NCBI RefSeq assembly: GCF_044704955.1
Contig: NC_091997.1
Coordinates: forward strand, 85,498,001-85,562,000
Direction: 5' to 3'
Source: Pristiophorus japonicus
Taxonomy: Eukaryota
DNA length: 64,000 nt
The position numbers and the translations under genes are program-made. Below, piece after piece: positions 1 through 13,500 of the stretch (position 1 is the first letter of the stretch; each line of letters opens with the position of its first letter). The notes beneath the pieces were generated by a model. It was not told the DNA's origin. It saw only the letters and a program-made list of their open reading frames with translations, and searched no databases.

Positions 1-75
1 TAACCACACAGCCGATTTTAGTATCACCTGCAAACTTCTTAATCATACCCCCTATATTAAAGTCTAGATCACTGA

Positions 76-280
76 TGTTATGTATGTAATAACTCAATAG
101 ACTGAATACTGTAAACTAACACAGGTACAAACCTGGCTCTGCTTTATTAAGGCCCAAAGTGATTACATTACATGATGGCTTGCCTTTTATACCTGAGCCG
201 CAGACATGTGTGTACAGCCCAATGACCTCCGACAGTGGCACCACCTGGTGGCTAGTAACCCCAAGCATACATACATGACA
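76..280 (-). repeat. 3' LTR of Gypsy element
   Basis: TG..CA ends, adjacent PPT, roughly 90% identical by eye to 8537-8741. Confidence 0.93.
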
Positions 281-366
281 ATATTCCCCTTTAAAATATT
301 AGTAACAGTCTTTTTACAAATTGAGATGGTCCACTGCTTTCTGCTCCCGGGTTATATAGAAACTTT

Positions 367-1723
367 GGGCCCAAGTTTCCACACGAAAAAAAACGGGCGC
401 CCCTCCGAGCTGGGCGCCTGTTTTTCGCGCCTAAAACGGCGCCTAAAAAAAAACTCGCGATTCTCGAGCGCTTTGCAGCTCCTTGTCTGCCTGGCGTGGT
501 GCCCAGGGGGGCGGAGCCTACACTCGCGCCAATTTTGTAAGTGGGAGGGGGCGGGTACTATTCGCGCACGCGCAGTGTGAAAAAAACATTGGCACTCGCC
601 CATTTTTGTAGTTCTTTGTAGCTGTTTAGTTTTTGAACATTTTTTTATAAAAGTACATTGCCATCAGCACATCAGCACTGAGGCTTCTTGTAGCAGTGAG
701 AAGGATGCAGGAAGCCTTAGAAAGTTGAGCCAGCCGTTTCCCGACGACCTCCCCCTTTTGCCGTCGGGAAATGGCTCCTCAATTTTTGAGGCTTCCTGCA
801 GCCTTCTCTCTTCCCCCCCACCGCGTTCGGTCGGCTCCCTCCCTCCCCCCCCCACCGCGTTCGGTCGGCTCCCTCCCTTCCCCCCCCCACCGCGTTCGGT
901 CGGCTCCCTCCCTCGCGTTCGGTCGGCTCCCTCCCTTCCCCCCCCCAACCGCGTTCGGTCGGCTCCCTTCCCTCCCCTCCCCCCCCGCCCCCGCGTTCGG
1001 TCGGCTCTCTCCCTCCCACGTTCGGTCGGCTCCCTTCCCTCCACCCCCCCACCCCGCGTTCGGTCGGCTCCCTTCCCTCCCCCCCGCGTTCGGTCGGCTC
1101 TCCCCCCCCCCCCGCGTTCAGCCGGCTCCCCCCCACCGCGTTCAGCCGGCTCCCTCCCCCCCCAGCGTTCGGTCGGCTCCCTGCACCCCTCCCTCCCGCC
1201 CGCGTTCGTTAACGGCTGTCTCGTTTTGTGACGCTTGCTGCAGCATTCTTCCTGGCTGAAGCACTTTCACACAGGTAGGAAGATGGTTTATTTAATCTTT
1301 TCTTTGCTTATAAATGTTTATTCAGGTTGGATTTATTTGTATAATAATTGTATAAGTATAAATAAGGATTTATTGTAGAATTTAATGAGTTCCCCTCCCC
1401 CCCCACCTCGTTCTGGACGCCTGATTTGTAACCTGCGCCTGATTTTTTAATGTGTAGAACAGGTTTTTTCAGTTCGACAAAAATCTTCACTTGCTCCATT
1501 CTACTTTAGTTTGGAGTACATTTTCACTGTGGAAACTTTCAAATCAGGGCTCAGTGGCCGGACACGCCCCCTTTTGAAGAAAAAATTCTGTTCCAAACTA
1601 GAACTGTTCTACCTGACTAGAACTGCAGAAAAAAAAATATGGAGAATTGTGATTTCTAAGATAGTCCGTTCTCCACCAGTTGCTCCTAAAAATCAGGCGC
1701 AAATCATGTGGAAACTTGGGTCC
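367..1723. mobile_element. Non-autonomous Harbinger derivative (MITE), copy 1, with internal GC-rich minisatellite
   Basis: TIRs GGGCCCAAGTTTCCACA / TGTGGAAACTTGGGTCC. Both subterminal regions match the element at 38136-42919. Flanks TTT/ATA form an imperfect 3-bp TSD. Confidence 0.88.
818..1205. repeat. Minisatellite (CCGCGTTCGGTCGGCTCCC + C-run), about 12-13 units
   Basis: Directly visible tandem units inside MITE copy 1. Confidence 0.9.
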
Positions 1724-4700
1724 ATAGAAACATAGAAAATAGGTGCAGGAGTAGGCCATTCGGCCCTTCAAGCCTGCACCACCATTCAACAAGATCATGG
1801 CTGATCATTCCCTCAGTACCCATTTCCTGCTTTCTCTCTGTACCCCTTGATCCCCTTAGCCGTAAGGGCCATATCTAACTCCCTCTTGAATATATCCAAT
1901 GAACTGGCATCAACAACTCTCTGCGGCAGGGAATTCCACAGGTTAACAACTCTCTGAGTGAAGAAGTTTCTCCTCATCTCAGTCCTAAATGGTCTACCCC
2001 TTATCCTAAGACTATGTCCCCTGGTTCTGGACTTCTCCAACATCAGGAACATTCTTCCTGCATCTAACTTGTCCAGTCCCATCAGAATCTTATGCGTTTC
2101 TATTAGATCCCCTCTCATCCTTCTAAACTCCAGTGAATAAAGGCCCAGTTGATCCAGTCTCTCCTCATATGACAGTCCAGCCATCCCTGGAATTAGTCTG
2201 GTGAACCTTCGCTGCACTCCCTCAATAACAAGAATGTCCTTCCTCAGATTAAGAGACCAAAACTGAACACAATATTCCAGGTGAGGCCTCACTAAGGCCC
2301 TGTACAACTGCAGTAAGACCTCCCTGCTCCTATACTTAAATCCCCTAGCTATGAAGGCCAACATACCATTTGCCTTCTTTACCGCCTGCTGTATCTGCAT
2401 GCCAATTTTCAATGACTGATGAACCATGACACCCAGGTCTCGTTGCACCTCCCCTTTTCCTAATCTGCCGCCATTCAGATAATATTCTGCCTTCGTGTTT
2501 TTGCCCCCAAAATGGATAACCTCACATTTATCCACATTCTACTGCATCCATCATGCATTTGCCCACTCACCTAACCTGGCCAAGTCACCCTGCAGCCTCT
2601 TAGCGTCCCCCTCACAGCTCACACTGCCACCCAGTTTAGTGTCATCTGCAAACTTGGAGATATTACACTCAATTCCTTCATCCAAATCGTTAATGTATAT
2701 TGTAAAGAGCTGGGGTCCCAGCACTGAGCCCTGCGGCACTCCACTAGTCACTGCCTGCCATTCTGAAAAGGACCCGTTTATCCCGACTCTCTGTTTCCTG
2801 TCTGCCAACCAGTTCTCTATCCATGTCAGTACATTACCCCCAATACCATGCGCTTTGATTTTGCACACCAATCTCTTGTGCGGGACCTTGTCAAAAGCCT
2901 TTTGAAAGTCCAAATACACCACATCCACTGGTTCTTCTTTGTCCACTCTGCTAGTTACATCCTCAAAAAATTCCAGAAGATTCGTCAAGCATGATTTCCC
3001 TTTCATAAATCCATATTGACTTGGACTGATCCTGTCACTGCTTTCCAAACGCGCTGCTATTTCATCCTTAATGATTGATTACAACATTTTCCCCACTACT
3101 GATGTCAGGCTAACCAGTCTATAATTACCCGTTTTCTCTCTCCCTCTTTTTTTAAAAAGTGGTGTTACATTAGCTACCTTCCAGTCCATATGAACTGATC
3201 CAGACTCGATAGACTCGATAGACTGTTGGAAAATGATCACCAATGCATCCACTATTTCTAGGGCCACTTCTTTAAGTACTCTGGGATGCAGACTATCAGG
3301 CCCTGGGGATTTATCAGCCTTCAAGCCCATCAATTTCCCTAACACAATTTCCTGCCTAATAAGGATATCCTTCAGTTCCTCCTTCTCACTGGACCCACTG
3401 TCCCCTAGTACATTCGGAAGGTTATTTGTATCTTCCTTCGTGAAGACAGAACCGAAGTATTTGTTCAATTGGTTTGCCATTTCTTTTTTCCCCATTATAA
3501 ATTCACCTGAATCCGACTGCAAGGGACCTACATTTGTCTTCACTAATCTTTTTCTCTTCACATATTTATAGAAGCTTTTGCAGTCAGTTTTTATGTTCCC
3601 TGCAAGCTTCCTCTCGTACTCTATTTTCCCCCTCTTAATTAAACCCTTAGTCCTCCTCTGTTGAATTCTGAATTTCTCCCAGTCCTCAGGTTTGTTACTT
3701 TTTCTAGCCAGTTTATATGCCTCTTCCTTGGTTTTAACACTATCTTTAATTTCCCTTGTTAGCCACGGTTGAGCCACCTTACCCATTTTATTTTTACTTC
3801 AGACAGGGATGTACAATTGCTGAAGTTCATCCATGTGATCTTTAAATGTTTGCCATTGCTTATCCACCTTCAACACTTTAAGTATCCTTTGCCAGTCTAT
3901 TCTAGCCAATTCACGCCTCATACCGTCGAAGTTACCTTTCCTTAAGTTCAGGACCCTAGTTTCCGAATTAACTGTGTCACTCTCCATCTTAATAAAGAAT
4001 TCTACCATATTATGGTCACTCTTCCCCAAGGGGCCTTGCACAACAAGATTGCTAATTAGTACCTTCTCATTACACATCACCCAGTCTAGGATGGGGCCAG
4101 CTCTCTAGTTTGTTCCTTGACATATTGGTCGAGAAAACCATCCATAACACACTCCAGGAAATCCTCCTCCACCGCATTGCTACCAGTTTGGTTAGCCCAA
4201 TCAATATGTAGATTAAAGTTGCCCATGATAACTGTTGTACCTTTATTGCACACATCCCTTATTTCTTGTTTGATGCTGTCCCCAACCTCACAACTACTGT
4301 TTGGTGGTCTGTACCCAACTCCCACTAGCGTTTTCTGCCCTTTGGTATTCCACAGCTCCACCCATACCGATTCCACCTCATCCAGGCTAATGTCCCTCCT
4401 TACTATTGCATTAATTTCCTCTTTAACCAGCAACGCCACTCGCCTCCTTTTCCTTTCTGCATATCCTTCCTAAATGTTTAATACCCCTGGATGTTGAGTT
4501 CCCAGCCTTGGTCACCCTGGAGCCATATCTCCGTGATGCCAATTACATCATATCCGTTAACTGCTATCTGCGCAGTTAATTCGTCCACCTTATTCCGAAT
4601 ACTCCTCGCATTGAGGCACAGAGCCTTCAGGCTTGTCTTTTTAACACACTTTGACCCTTTAGAATTTTGCTGTAATGTCGATCTTTTTGTTTTTTGCCTT

Positions 4701-5582
4701 GGGTTTCTCTGCCCTCCACTTTTACTATTCTCCTTTCTATATTTTGCTTCTGCCTCCATTTTATTTCCCTCTGTCTCCCTGCATAGGTTCCCATCCCCCT
4801 GCCATGTTAGTTTAACTCCTCCCCAACAGCACTAGCAAACACTCCCCCTAGGACATTGGTTCCAGTCCTGCCCAGGTACAAACCATCCGGTTTGTACTGA
4901 TCCCACCTCCCCCAGAACTGGTTCCAATGTCCCAGGAATTTGAATCCCTCCCTTTTGCACCACTCCTCAAGCCATGTATTCATCTGGGCTATCCTGCGAT
5001 TCCTACTCTGACTAGCACGTGGCACTGGTAGCAATCCTGAGATTACTACTTTTGAGGTCCTACTTTTTAATTTAGCTCCTAGCTCCCTAAATTCGTCTCG
5101 TAGGAACTCATCCCGTTTTTTACCTATATCGTTGGTACCTATGTGCACCACGACAACTGGCTGTTCACCCTCCCTTTTCAGAATGTCCTGCACCCGCTCC
5201 GAGACATCCTTGACCCTTGCACCAGTGAGGCAGCATACCATCCTGGAGTCTCGGTTGCGGCCGCAGAAACATCTATCTATTCCCCTTACAATTGAATCCC
5301 GTATCACTATAGCTCTCCCACTCTTTTTCCTGCCCTCCTGTGCAGCAGAGCCACCCATGGTGCCATGAACTTGGCTGCTGCTGCCCTCCCCTGGCGAGTC
5401 ACCCCCTCAACAGTACCCAAAGCGGTCTATCTGTTTTGCAGGGGAATGACCGCAGGGGACCCCTGCACTACCTTCCTTGCACTACTCTGCCTGTTGGTCA
5501 CCCATTTACTATCTGGCTGTGTACCCTTTACCTGCGGTGAAACAAACTCGCTAAACGTGCTATTCACGTCATTCTCAGCATC
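1724..5582 (-). mobile_element. CR1 LINE, 5'-truncated within ORF1 (SGNH esterase ORF1, APE endonuclease, RT; frameshifted)
   Basis: VHIGTND esterase motif, NARSIRNK/GITE/SDHN endonuclease motifs, [10 protein letters not shown] and FADD RT motifs, (CATAGAAA)n tail. Confidence 0.95.
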
Positions 5583-8536
5583 GTCTCAGTCTCAGTTCAA
5601 CTCCAGCCTTGGGCGAGCGTTCTGAGTCTCTTATGACTGGGGGCTGGGTAGCCGATCTCATGGGAGTGGCAATGACCACGTCAGGGATTGAAAGTCCAGA
5701 TACATTGATGACAGCGGAGTCCTCTGATGACTGAGGGTAGGTTGGTTGGTCACTGATTGTTTCTTCCTCAGACTGTTCCGGTTCATCCGTGTGCCACAGC
5801 TTTATCTGAGCAACATGTTTCCTGCATGTTTGCCCATTCTTGAGCTTGACGATAAACACTCTGTTACCCTCCTTGGTCGTAACAGTACCGGCGATCCACT
5901 TGGGACTTTGACCATAATTTAGTACATACACAGGATCTTTAACAGAAATGTCGTGTGACACAGCATCGTGATCATGATACCACTGCTGACTTTGACATCT
6001 GTATTCAACATGATTGTTCAAGTCAGGGTGGACAAGAGGGAGCTTGGTCTTGAGACCTCTGTTCATCAATAGTTCAGCAGGGGGGACCCCGGTAAGCGTC
6101 TGGGGTCTTGGCCTATAACTAAGCAATATGCATGAGAAGCGAATCTGCAGTGAACCTTAAGTTACACATTTCATCTTCTGCTTGATGGTTTGGACAGCAC
6201 GCTCTGCTTGACCATTAGATGCAGGTTTAAATGGTGCTGACCTCACATGTTTGATACCATTGAATTTCATGAACTCTTGAAACTCCAGACTAGTGAAGCA
6301 AGGTCCGTTGTCGCTTCCAACGATGTCGGGCAGACTATGAGTGGCAAACATGACACGAAGGATCTCAATGGTAGCTGTGGATGTATTGGATGACATGATT
6401 ATGCACTCTATCCATTTGAATATGCATCCACCATAACTAAAAACATCTTTCCCAGGAAGGGACCTGCAAAGTCGATGTGGATCCTGGACCATGGTTTAGA
6501 TGGCTACGACCACAGACTCAGCAGCGATTCCACTGGTGCTTTACTTAGCTGCATGCAAGTGTTGCACTGATGCACACATGATTCCAGATCAGAGTCAATT
6601 CCAAGCCACCATACATGAGACCTGACAATACTGGGATGAGTGCTATGTAGATCATGCACAAATTTCTCTCTGCCTTTCTTAGGCATAACAATACGATTAC
6701 CCCACAGTAACAATCTGACTGAATGGATAGTTCGTCTTTGCGACGATTGTAAGGTTTGGTCTCATCACCCATTTGCTTGAGTATAGCAGACCAATCACCA
6801 CTAAGGACACAAAGTTTCACAACCGATAATATCGGGTCCTGGCTGGTCCCGGTCTTAACTTGTTGAGCCATAACAGGGGTTCCTTCACTTTCAGAAGCAT
6901 CCATAACTAACAGTAGGTCTGCAGGTTGTGGCATCTCCACCTCTGGTGTGGGCAGCGGCAGATGGCTCAGTGCATCAGTATAATTCTCAGTGCCAGGTCT
7001 ATGGCGAATGACATTGGCAGATAATGTCAGCGCCCACCACTGGATGCGGGATGATGCATTGGTATTTATACCTTTGTTTTCCAAAAACAATGAAATGAGT
7101 GACTTGTGATCTGTTTCCAGTTCAAACCGAAGACCAAACAGGTACTGATGCATCTTTTTAACCCCACACACAGGCTAATGCTTCTTTCGACCATTTGGAT
7201 TTGCACCTTGGCTCCCGTGAAATTGCCAATGCCTGGTTCAAACAACGAGGGGAACTTGCTCAGCACTTGAGCACATGGAGTATCATCCTCCGACGACAAC
7301 GCTTTGATATCGTTCCAATTCCATTTGATTTTTTTCTAGCCAATTCCTGCCGAGTAGCGTTGGACCACTGCCTGGAACAATCCATAATGGTAGATCATGA
7401 ACTACACCATCATACGACACCTTGACTACTGCACTGCCAATCACTGTTATGAGTTCTTTAGTGGACGTACAAAACTTGGCATTGACTGGACTCAGCTTAG
7501 GCCTCACAGCCTTAATTTCCTTCCTTGTCGAACGTCCTCTGGCTCATTGTTGATTGACTTGCACCCGTGTCCAATTCCATTGGCACCGGCACACCGTTAA
7601 GTTTCACATTAATCATTATCGATTGGCTCTTTGTTCAGAACAAATACAGTCTATACACTTCCTCCTCTGGTATCTCGGATTGCTAAACTGGTCATCATCC
7701 TCTACGTGGTGTGTCGCAGCACGCTTGCTCAGTTGCGGATACATGCGCTGGAGATGCCCCAGTCTCGAACAGCCTTTACAAATCTACTGTTTAAACTGAC
7801 ACTGATGAGGCCGATAATTGCCCCCACAATGCCAACATGGTGAAATCGGATTCATTCCCGTTGGCGGATTTTGAGCAGCCACGGGTTTCGCATAGGCCCT
7901 GCCATATGCAGCTCTGCCAAACGACAATACAATCTTGTTTATAGTACTTGCCGAGTTCCGATTTTTCGATGATATCTGCTTTAAGTTTTTGTCCGCCGTC
8001 ATGCATGCCGAGGCAATCGTGCTGGCCTTGCTCAAATCCAGCGTCTCCACCGCCAGTAGCTTACGCAGGATCACCTCGTGGTTGATGCCGATTACAAAGA
8101 AGTCCCGCAACATGTCTCCCTACGTGTTTTCGAACTTACATGGTCCAGCTAGACGTCTTAGGTCTGCAACGAATTCCGACATATCCTGGCCTTCAGAACG
8201 AATGTACTTGTAGAATCGATATTGTGAGATGATGATGCCTTCTTCTGGTTTGAGATGGTCACGTACCAGCGCACACAATTCCTCATAGGCCTTGTCCGTT
8301 GGACTTGCAGGCAAGAGAAGATTCTTTATGAGTCCATAGATTTTCGGACCGCAAACCGTGAGGAAGACCACCCTGTGCCTAACTGCGTCAGTGGGTTCCT
8401 CCATTTTGTTGGCCCCGAAGTACTGGTCCCGGCGAGCTACAAAATCTGCCCAGTCCTCTCCCTCCACGAATCTCTCCAGAATTCCAATTGTGCTCATTTT
8501 TGCATGAGAAGGTTCTTAAGTTACCTCGTTGCCAAA

Positions 8537-8741
8537 TGGTTTGTACGTAATAACTCGATAGACTGAATACTGTAAACCAACACAGTTACAAACCTGGCTC
8601 TGCTTTATTAGGACCCAAAGTGATTACATTACATGATGGCTTGCCTTTTATACCTGGGCCGCACACACGTGCATACAGCCCAATGGCCTCCGACAGTGGC
8701 GCCACCTGGTGGCTAATAACCCTAAGCATACATACATGACA
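8537..8741 (-). repeat. 5' LTR of Gypsy element
   Basis: TG..CA ends, followed on the - strand by the PBS and gag ATG. Confidence 0.93.
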
Positions 8742-9215
8742 ATTGATGTATACCAGAATAAGCAAGGGATCTAATAATGAGTCCTGCAGAATCCCACTGG
8801 AAACATCCTTCCAGTCAAAAAAACACCCATCAACCATTACCCTTTGCTTCCTGCCTCCCGGCCAATTTTGGATCCAACTTGCCACTTTGCCCTGGATACT
8901 ATGGGCTTTTACTTTTGTGACCAGTCTGCCATGTAGGACCTTATCAAAAGCTTTGCTAAAATCCATATACACATCATACCCTTTTCCTTCATTGACCCTT
9001 CTGGTTACCTCCTTGAAAAATTCAATTAAGTTAGTCAGACACGACCTTCCCTTAACAAATCTGTACTGACTGTCCTTGATTAATCTGTGTCTTTCTAAGT
9101 ACAGATTTATCCTGTCCTTGAGGATTTTTTCCAATAATTTTCCCACCACTGAGATTAGGCTGCTTGGCCTGTAATTACTCGGTCTATCCATTTCTCCCTT
9201 GACTGATGAACAAGG
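8742..9215 (-). mobile_element. Older CR1 RT fragment, the Gypsy target (continues at 1-75)
   Basis: NYRPxSL, YMDFSKAFD and YIN motifs. The sequence rejoins 1-75 across the Gypsy TSD. Confidence 0.85.
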
Positions 9216-9408
9216 TCAGAGAATGTGGAGTCAGGGGACAAGTAAAAGAATGGATAGCTAGTTGGCTTCAAGTCAGAAAGCAGAGAGTAGGGGTAAAGGA
9301 AGCTATTCACAGTGACAGAAGGTGGGTAGTGGTGTTCCACAAGGATCAGTGCTGAGACCACTGTTGTTCACAATTTATATTAACAATTCAGAGAAACATA
9401 GAAACATT

Positions 9409-10540
9409 GGCCCCAAGTTTCCACATGATTTGCTCCTGATTTTTAGGAGCAACTGGTGGAGAACGGAGTATCTTAGAAATCGCAATTCTCCACATTTAAG
9501 TTTTCTGCAGTTTTAGTCAGGTAGAACAGTTTCACTTTGGAACAGAATTTTTTTTTCAAAAGTCCGGCCACTGACGCCTGATTTGAAAGTTTCCACAGTG
9601 AAAACGTACTCCAAACAACTTAGAATGGAGCAAGTGAAGATTTTTGTAGGACTGAAAAAACCTTGTCTACACATTTAAAAATCCGGAACGAGGTGGGGGT
9701 GGGGGGGGGAAGGGATGTCATTACATTCTACAATAAATCCTTAGTTATACTTATACAAATATTATACAAATAATTCCAACCTGAATAAAAATTTATAAGC
9801 AAAGAAAAGATTAAATAAACCACGTTCCTATCTGTGTGAAAGTGCTTCAGGCAGGCCTTTCAGGCAGGGAGAAGGCTGCAGGAAGCCTCACAAGTTGAGG
9901 CAGCCGTTCCCGACGGCAGTGGGGGGGGGGAGGCAGTAAGGGCCCGACCGACGGCAGCAGCCGTTCCCGACGGCAGCGGGGGGAAGGCAGTGAGGGCCCG
10001 ACCGACGGCAGCGGGGGGGAGGCAGTGAGAAGGCTGCAGGAAGCCTCAGAAGTTGAGGCAGCCATTCCTGACGGCGGGGGGGGGGGAGACCCCCCTGCCG
10101 TTGGTCGGGCCCGTCGGGAAACGGCTGCCTCAACTTCTGAAGCTTCCTGCAGCCTTCTCACTGCTGCAAGAAGCCTCAGTGCTGATCATGGAAGGGCAAT
10201 GTGGTTTTATTAAAAAATGTTAAAAATTGAACAGCTACAAAGAACTACAAAAATGGCCGAGTGCCAATGTTTCCTTCACACTGCGCGTGCGCGAACGCTC
10301 CAAAGCGCACGCGCAGGGTTGCCGGCACGAAAAAAACTCATTTAAATGGTACCCGCCCCCTCCTACTTACAGAATCGGCACGAGTGGTAGGCTCCGCGCC
10401 CTGGGCGCTGCGCCAAGCACACATCGAGCTGCAAAGCGCTTGAGAATAGCGCGTTTTTTTTCAGGCGCCGTTTTCGGCGCGAAAAACGGGCGCCCAGCTC
10501 GGAGGGGCGCCTGTTTTGCCGCGTGTGGAAACTTGGGGCC
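9409..10540. mobile_element. Harbinger MITE copy 2, opposite orientation to copy 1
   Basis: TIRs GGCCCCAAGTTTCCACA / TGTGGAAACTTGGGGCC with a perfect 3-bp TSD ATT. Confidence 0.92.
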
Positions 10541-13500
10541 ATTGAAACATAGAAAATAGATGCAGGAGTAGGCCATTCGGCCACTCTAGCCTGCACCGCC
10601 ATTCAATGAGTTCATGGCTGAACATGCAACTTCAGTACCCCATTCCTGCTTTCTCGCCATACCCCTTGATCCCCCTAGTAGTAAGGACTTCATCTAACTC
10701 CTTTTTGAATATATTTAGTGAATTGGCCCCAACAACTTTCTGTGGTAGAGAATTCCACAGGTTCACCACTCTCTGGGTGAAGAAGTTTCTCCTCATCTCG
10801 GTCCTAAATGGCTTACCCCTTATCCTGAGACTGTGTCCCCTGGTTCTGGACTTCCCCAACATTGGGAACATTCTTCCTGCATCTAACCTGTCTAATCCCG
10901 TCAGAATTTTAAATGTTTCTATGAGGTCCCCTCTCATTCTTCTGAACTCCAGTGAATACAAACCCAGTTGATCCAGTCTTTCTTGATAGGTCAGTCCCGC
11001 CATCCCGGGAATCAATCTGGTGAACCTTCGCTGCACTCCCTCAATAGCAAGAATGTCCTTCCTCAGGTTAGGAGACCAAAACTGTACACAATACTCCAGG
11101 TGTGGCCTCACCAAGGCCCTGTACAACTGTAGCAACACCTCCCTGCCCCTGTACTCAAATCCCCTTGCTATGAAGGCCAACATGCCATTTACTTTCTTAA
11201 CCGCCTGCTGTACCTGCATGCCAACCTTAAATGACTGATGTACCATGACACCCAGGTCTCGTTGCACCTCCCCTTTTCCTAATCTGTCACCATTCAGATA
11301 ATAGTCTGTCTCTCTGTTTTTACCACCAAAGTGGATAACCTCACATTTATCCACATTATACTTCATCTGCCATGCATTTGCCCACTCACCTAAGCTATCC
11401 AAGTCGCTCTGCAGCCTCATAACATCCTCCTCGCAGCTCACACTGCCACCCAACTTAGTGTCATCCGCAAATTTGGAGATACTACATTTAATCTCCTCGT
11501 CTAAATCATTAATGTACAGTGTAAACAGCTGGGGCCCCAGCACAGAACCTTGCGGTACCCCACTAGTCACCGCCTGCCATTCTGAAAAGTCCCCATTTAC
11601 TCCTACTCTTTGCTTCCTGTCTGACAACCAGTTCTCAATCCATGTCAGCACACTACCCCCAATCCCATGTTTGCACATTAATCTCTTGTGTGGGACCTTG
11701 TCGAAAGCCTTCTGAAAGTCCAAATATACCACATCAACTGGTTCTCCCTTGTCCACTCTACTGGAAACATCCTCAAAAAATTCCAGAAGATTTGTCAAGC
11801 ATGATTTCACTTTCACAAATCCATGCTGACTTGGACCTATCATGTCACCTCTTTCCAAATGCACTGCTATGACATCCTTAATAATTGATTCCATCATTTT
11901 ACCCACTACCGATGTCAGGCTGTTTTCTCTCTCCCTCCTCTTTTAAAAAGTGGGGTTACATTGGCTACCCTCCACTCCATAGGAACTAATCTAGAGTCAA
12001 TGGAATGTTGGAAAATGACTGTCAATGCATCCGCTATTTCCAAGGCCACCTCCTTAAGTACTCTGGGATGCAGTCCATCAGGCCCTGGGGATTTATCGGC
12101 CTTCAATCCCATCAATTTCCCCAACACAATTTCCCGACTAAGAAGGATTTCCCTCAGTTCCTCCTCCTTACTAGACCCTCCGACCCCTTTTATATCCGGA
12201 AGGTTGTTTGTGTCCTCCTTAGTGAATACCGAACCAAAGTACTTGTTCAATTGGTCCGCCATTTCTTTGTTCCCCGTTATGACTTCCCCTGATTCTGACT
12301 GCAGGGGACCTACGTTTATCTTTACTAACCTTTTTCTCTTTACATATCGATAGAAATTTTTGCAATCCGTCTTAATGTTCCCTGCAAGCTTCTTCTCGTA
12401 CTCCATTTTCCCTGCCCTAATCAAACCCTTTGTCCTCTTCTGCTGAGTTCTAAATTTCTCCCAGTCCCCGGGTTCGCTGTTATTTCTGGCCAATTTGTAT
12501 GCCACTTCCTTGACTTTAATACTATCCCTGATTTCCCTTGATAGCCACGGTTGAGCCACCTTCCCTTTTTTATTTTTACGCCAGACAGGAATGTACAATT
12601 GTTGTAGTTCATCCATGCAGTCGCTAAATGTCTGCCATTGCCCATCCACAGTCAACCCCTTAAGTATCATTCGCCAATCTATCCTAGCCAAGTCACGCCT
12701 CATACCTTCAAAGTTAGCCTTCTTTAAGTTCTGGACCATGGTCTCTGAATTAACTGTTTCATCCTAATGCAGAATTCCACCATATTATGGTCACTCTTCC
12801 CCAAGGGGCCTTGCACAATGAGATTGCTAATTAATCCTCTCTCATTACATAACACCCAGTCTAAGAAGGCCTCCCCCCTAGTTGGTTTCTCGACATATTG
12901 GTCTAGAAAACCATCCCTTATGCACTCCAGGAAATCCTCCACCACCGTATTGCTTCCAGTTTGGTTAGCCCAATCTATGTGCATATTAAAGTCACCCATT
13001 ATAACTGCTGCACCTTTATTGCATGCATCCCTAATTTCCTGTTTGATGCCCTCCCCAACATCACTACTACTGTTTGGAGGTCTGTACACAACTCCCACTA
13101 ACGTTTTTTGCCCTTTGGTGTTCTGCAGCTCTACCCATATAGATTCCACATCATCCAAGCTAATGTCCTTCCTAACTATTGCATTAATCTCCTCCTTAAC
13201 CAGCAATGCTACCCCACCTCCTTTTCCTTTTATTCTATCCTTCCTGAATGTTGAATACCCCTGGATGTTGAGTTCCCAGCCCTGATCATCCTGGAGCCAT
13301 ATCTCTGTAATCCCAATCACATCATATTTGTTAACATCTATTTGCACAGATAATTCATCCACCTTATTACGGATACTCCTTGCATTAAGACACAAAGCCT
13401 TCAGGCTTGTTTTTTTTAACACCCTTTGTCCTTTTAGAATTTTGCTGTACAGTGGCCCTTTTTGTTCTTTGCCTTGGGTTTCTCTGCCCTCCACTTTTCC

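Larger units (their letters stand above)
76..8741 (-). mobile_element. Ty3/Gypsy (K02A2.6/Mag-like) LTR retrotransposon, degenerate, RT domain deleted, carrying nested CR1 and MITE
   Basis: Two 205-bp TG...CA LTRs (76-280, 8537-8741). 5-bp TSD ACTGA/ATTGA, PBS TGGCAACGAGG and PPT AGGGGAATAT. Remnants of gag with zinc knuckle (8497-7784), protease DTGA, RNase H (FELETDHK) and integrase (SDNGPCF, PASNGQAER). Confidence 0.93.

Noticed and set aside
664-1259. Overlapping Pro/Gly/Arg-rich ORFs and a CRISPR-like repeat pattern
   Set aside because: Minisatellite inside a MITE. The spacers are just C-runs, the context is eukaryotic and there are no cas genes.
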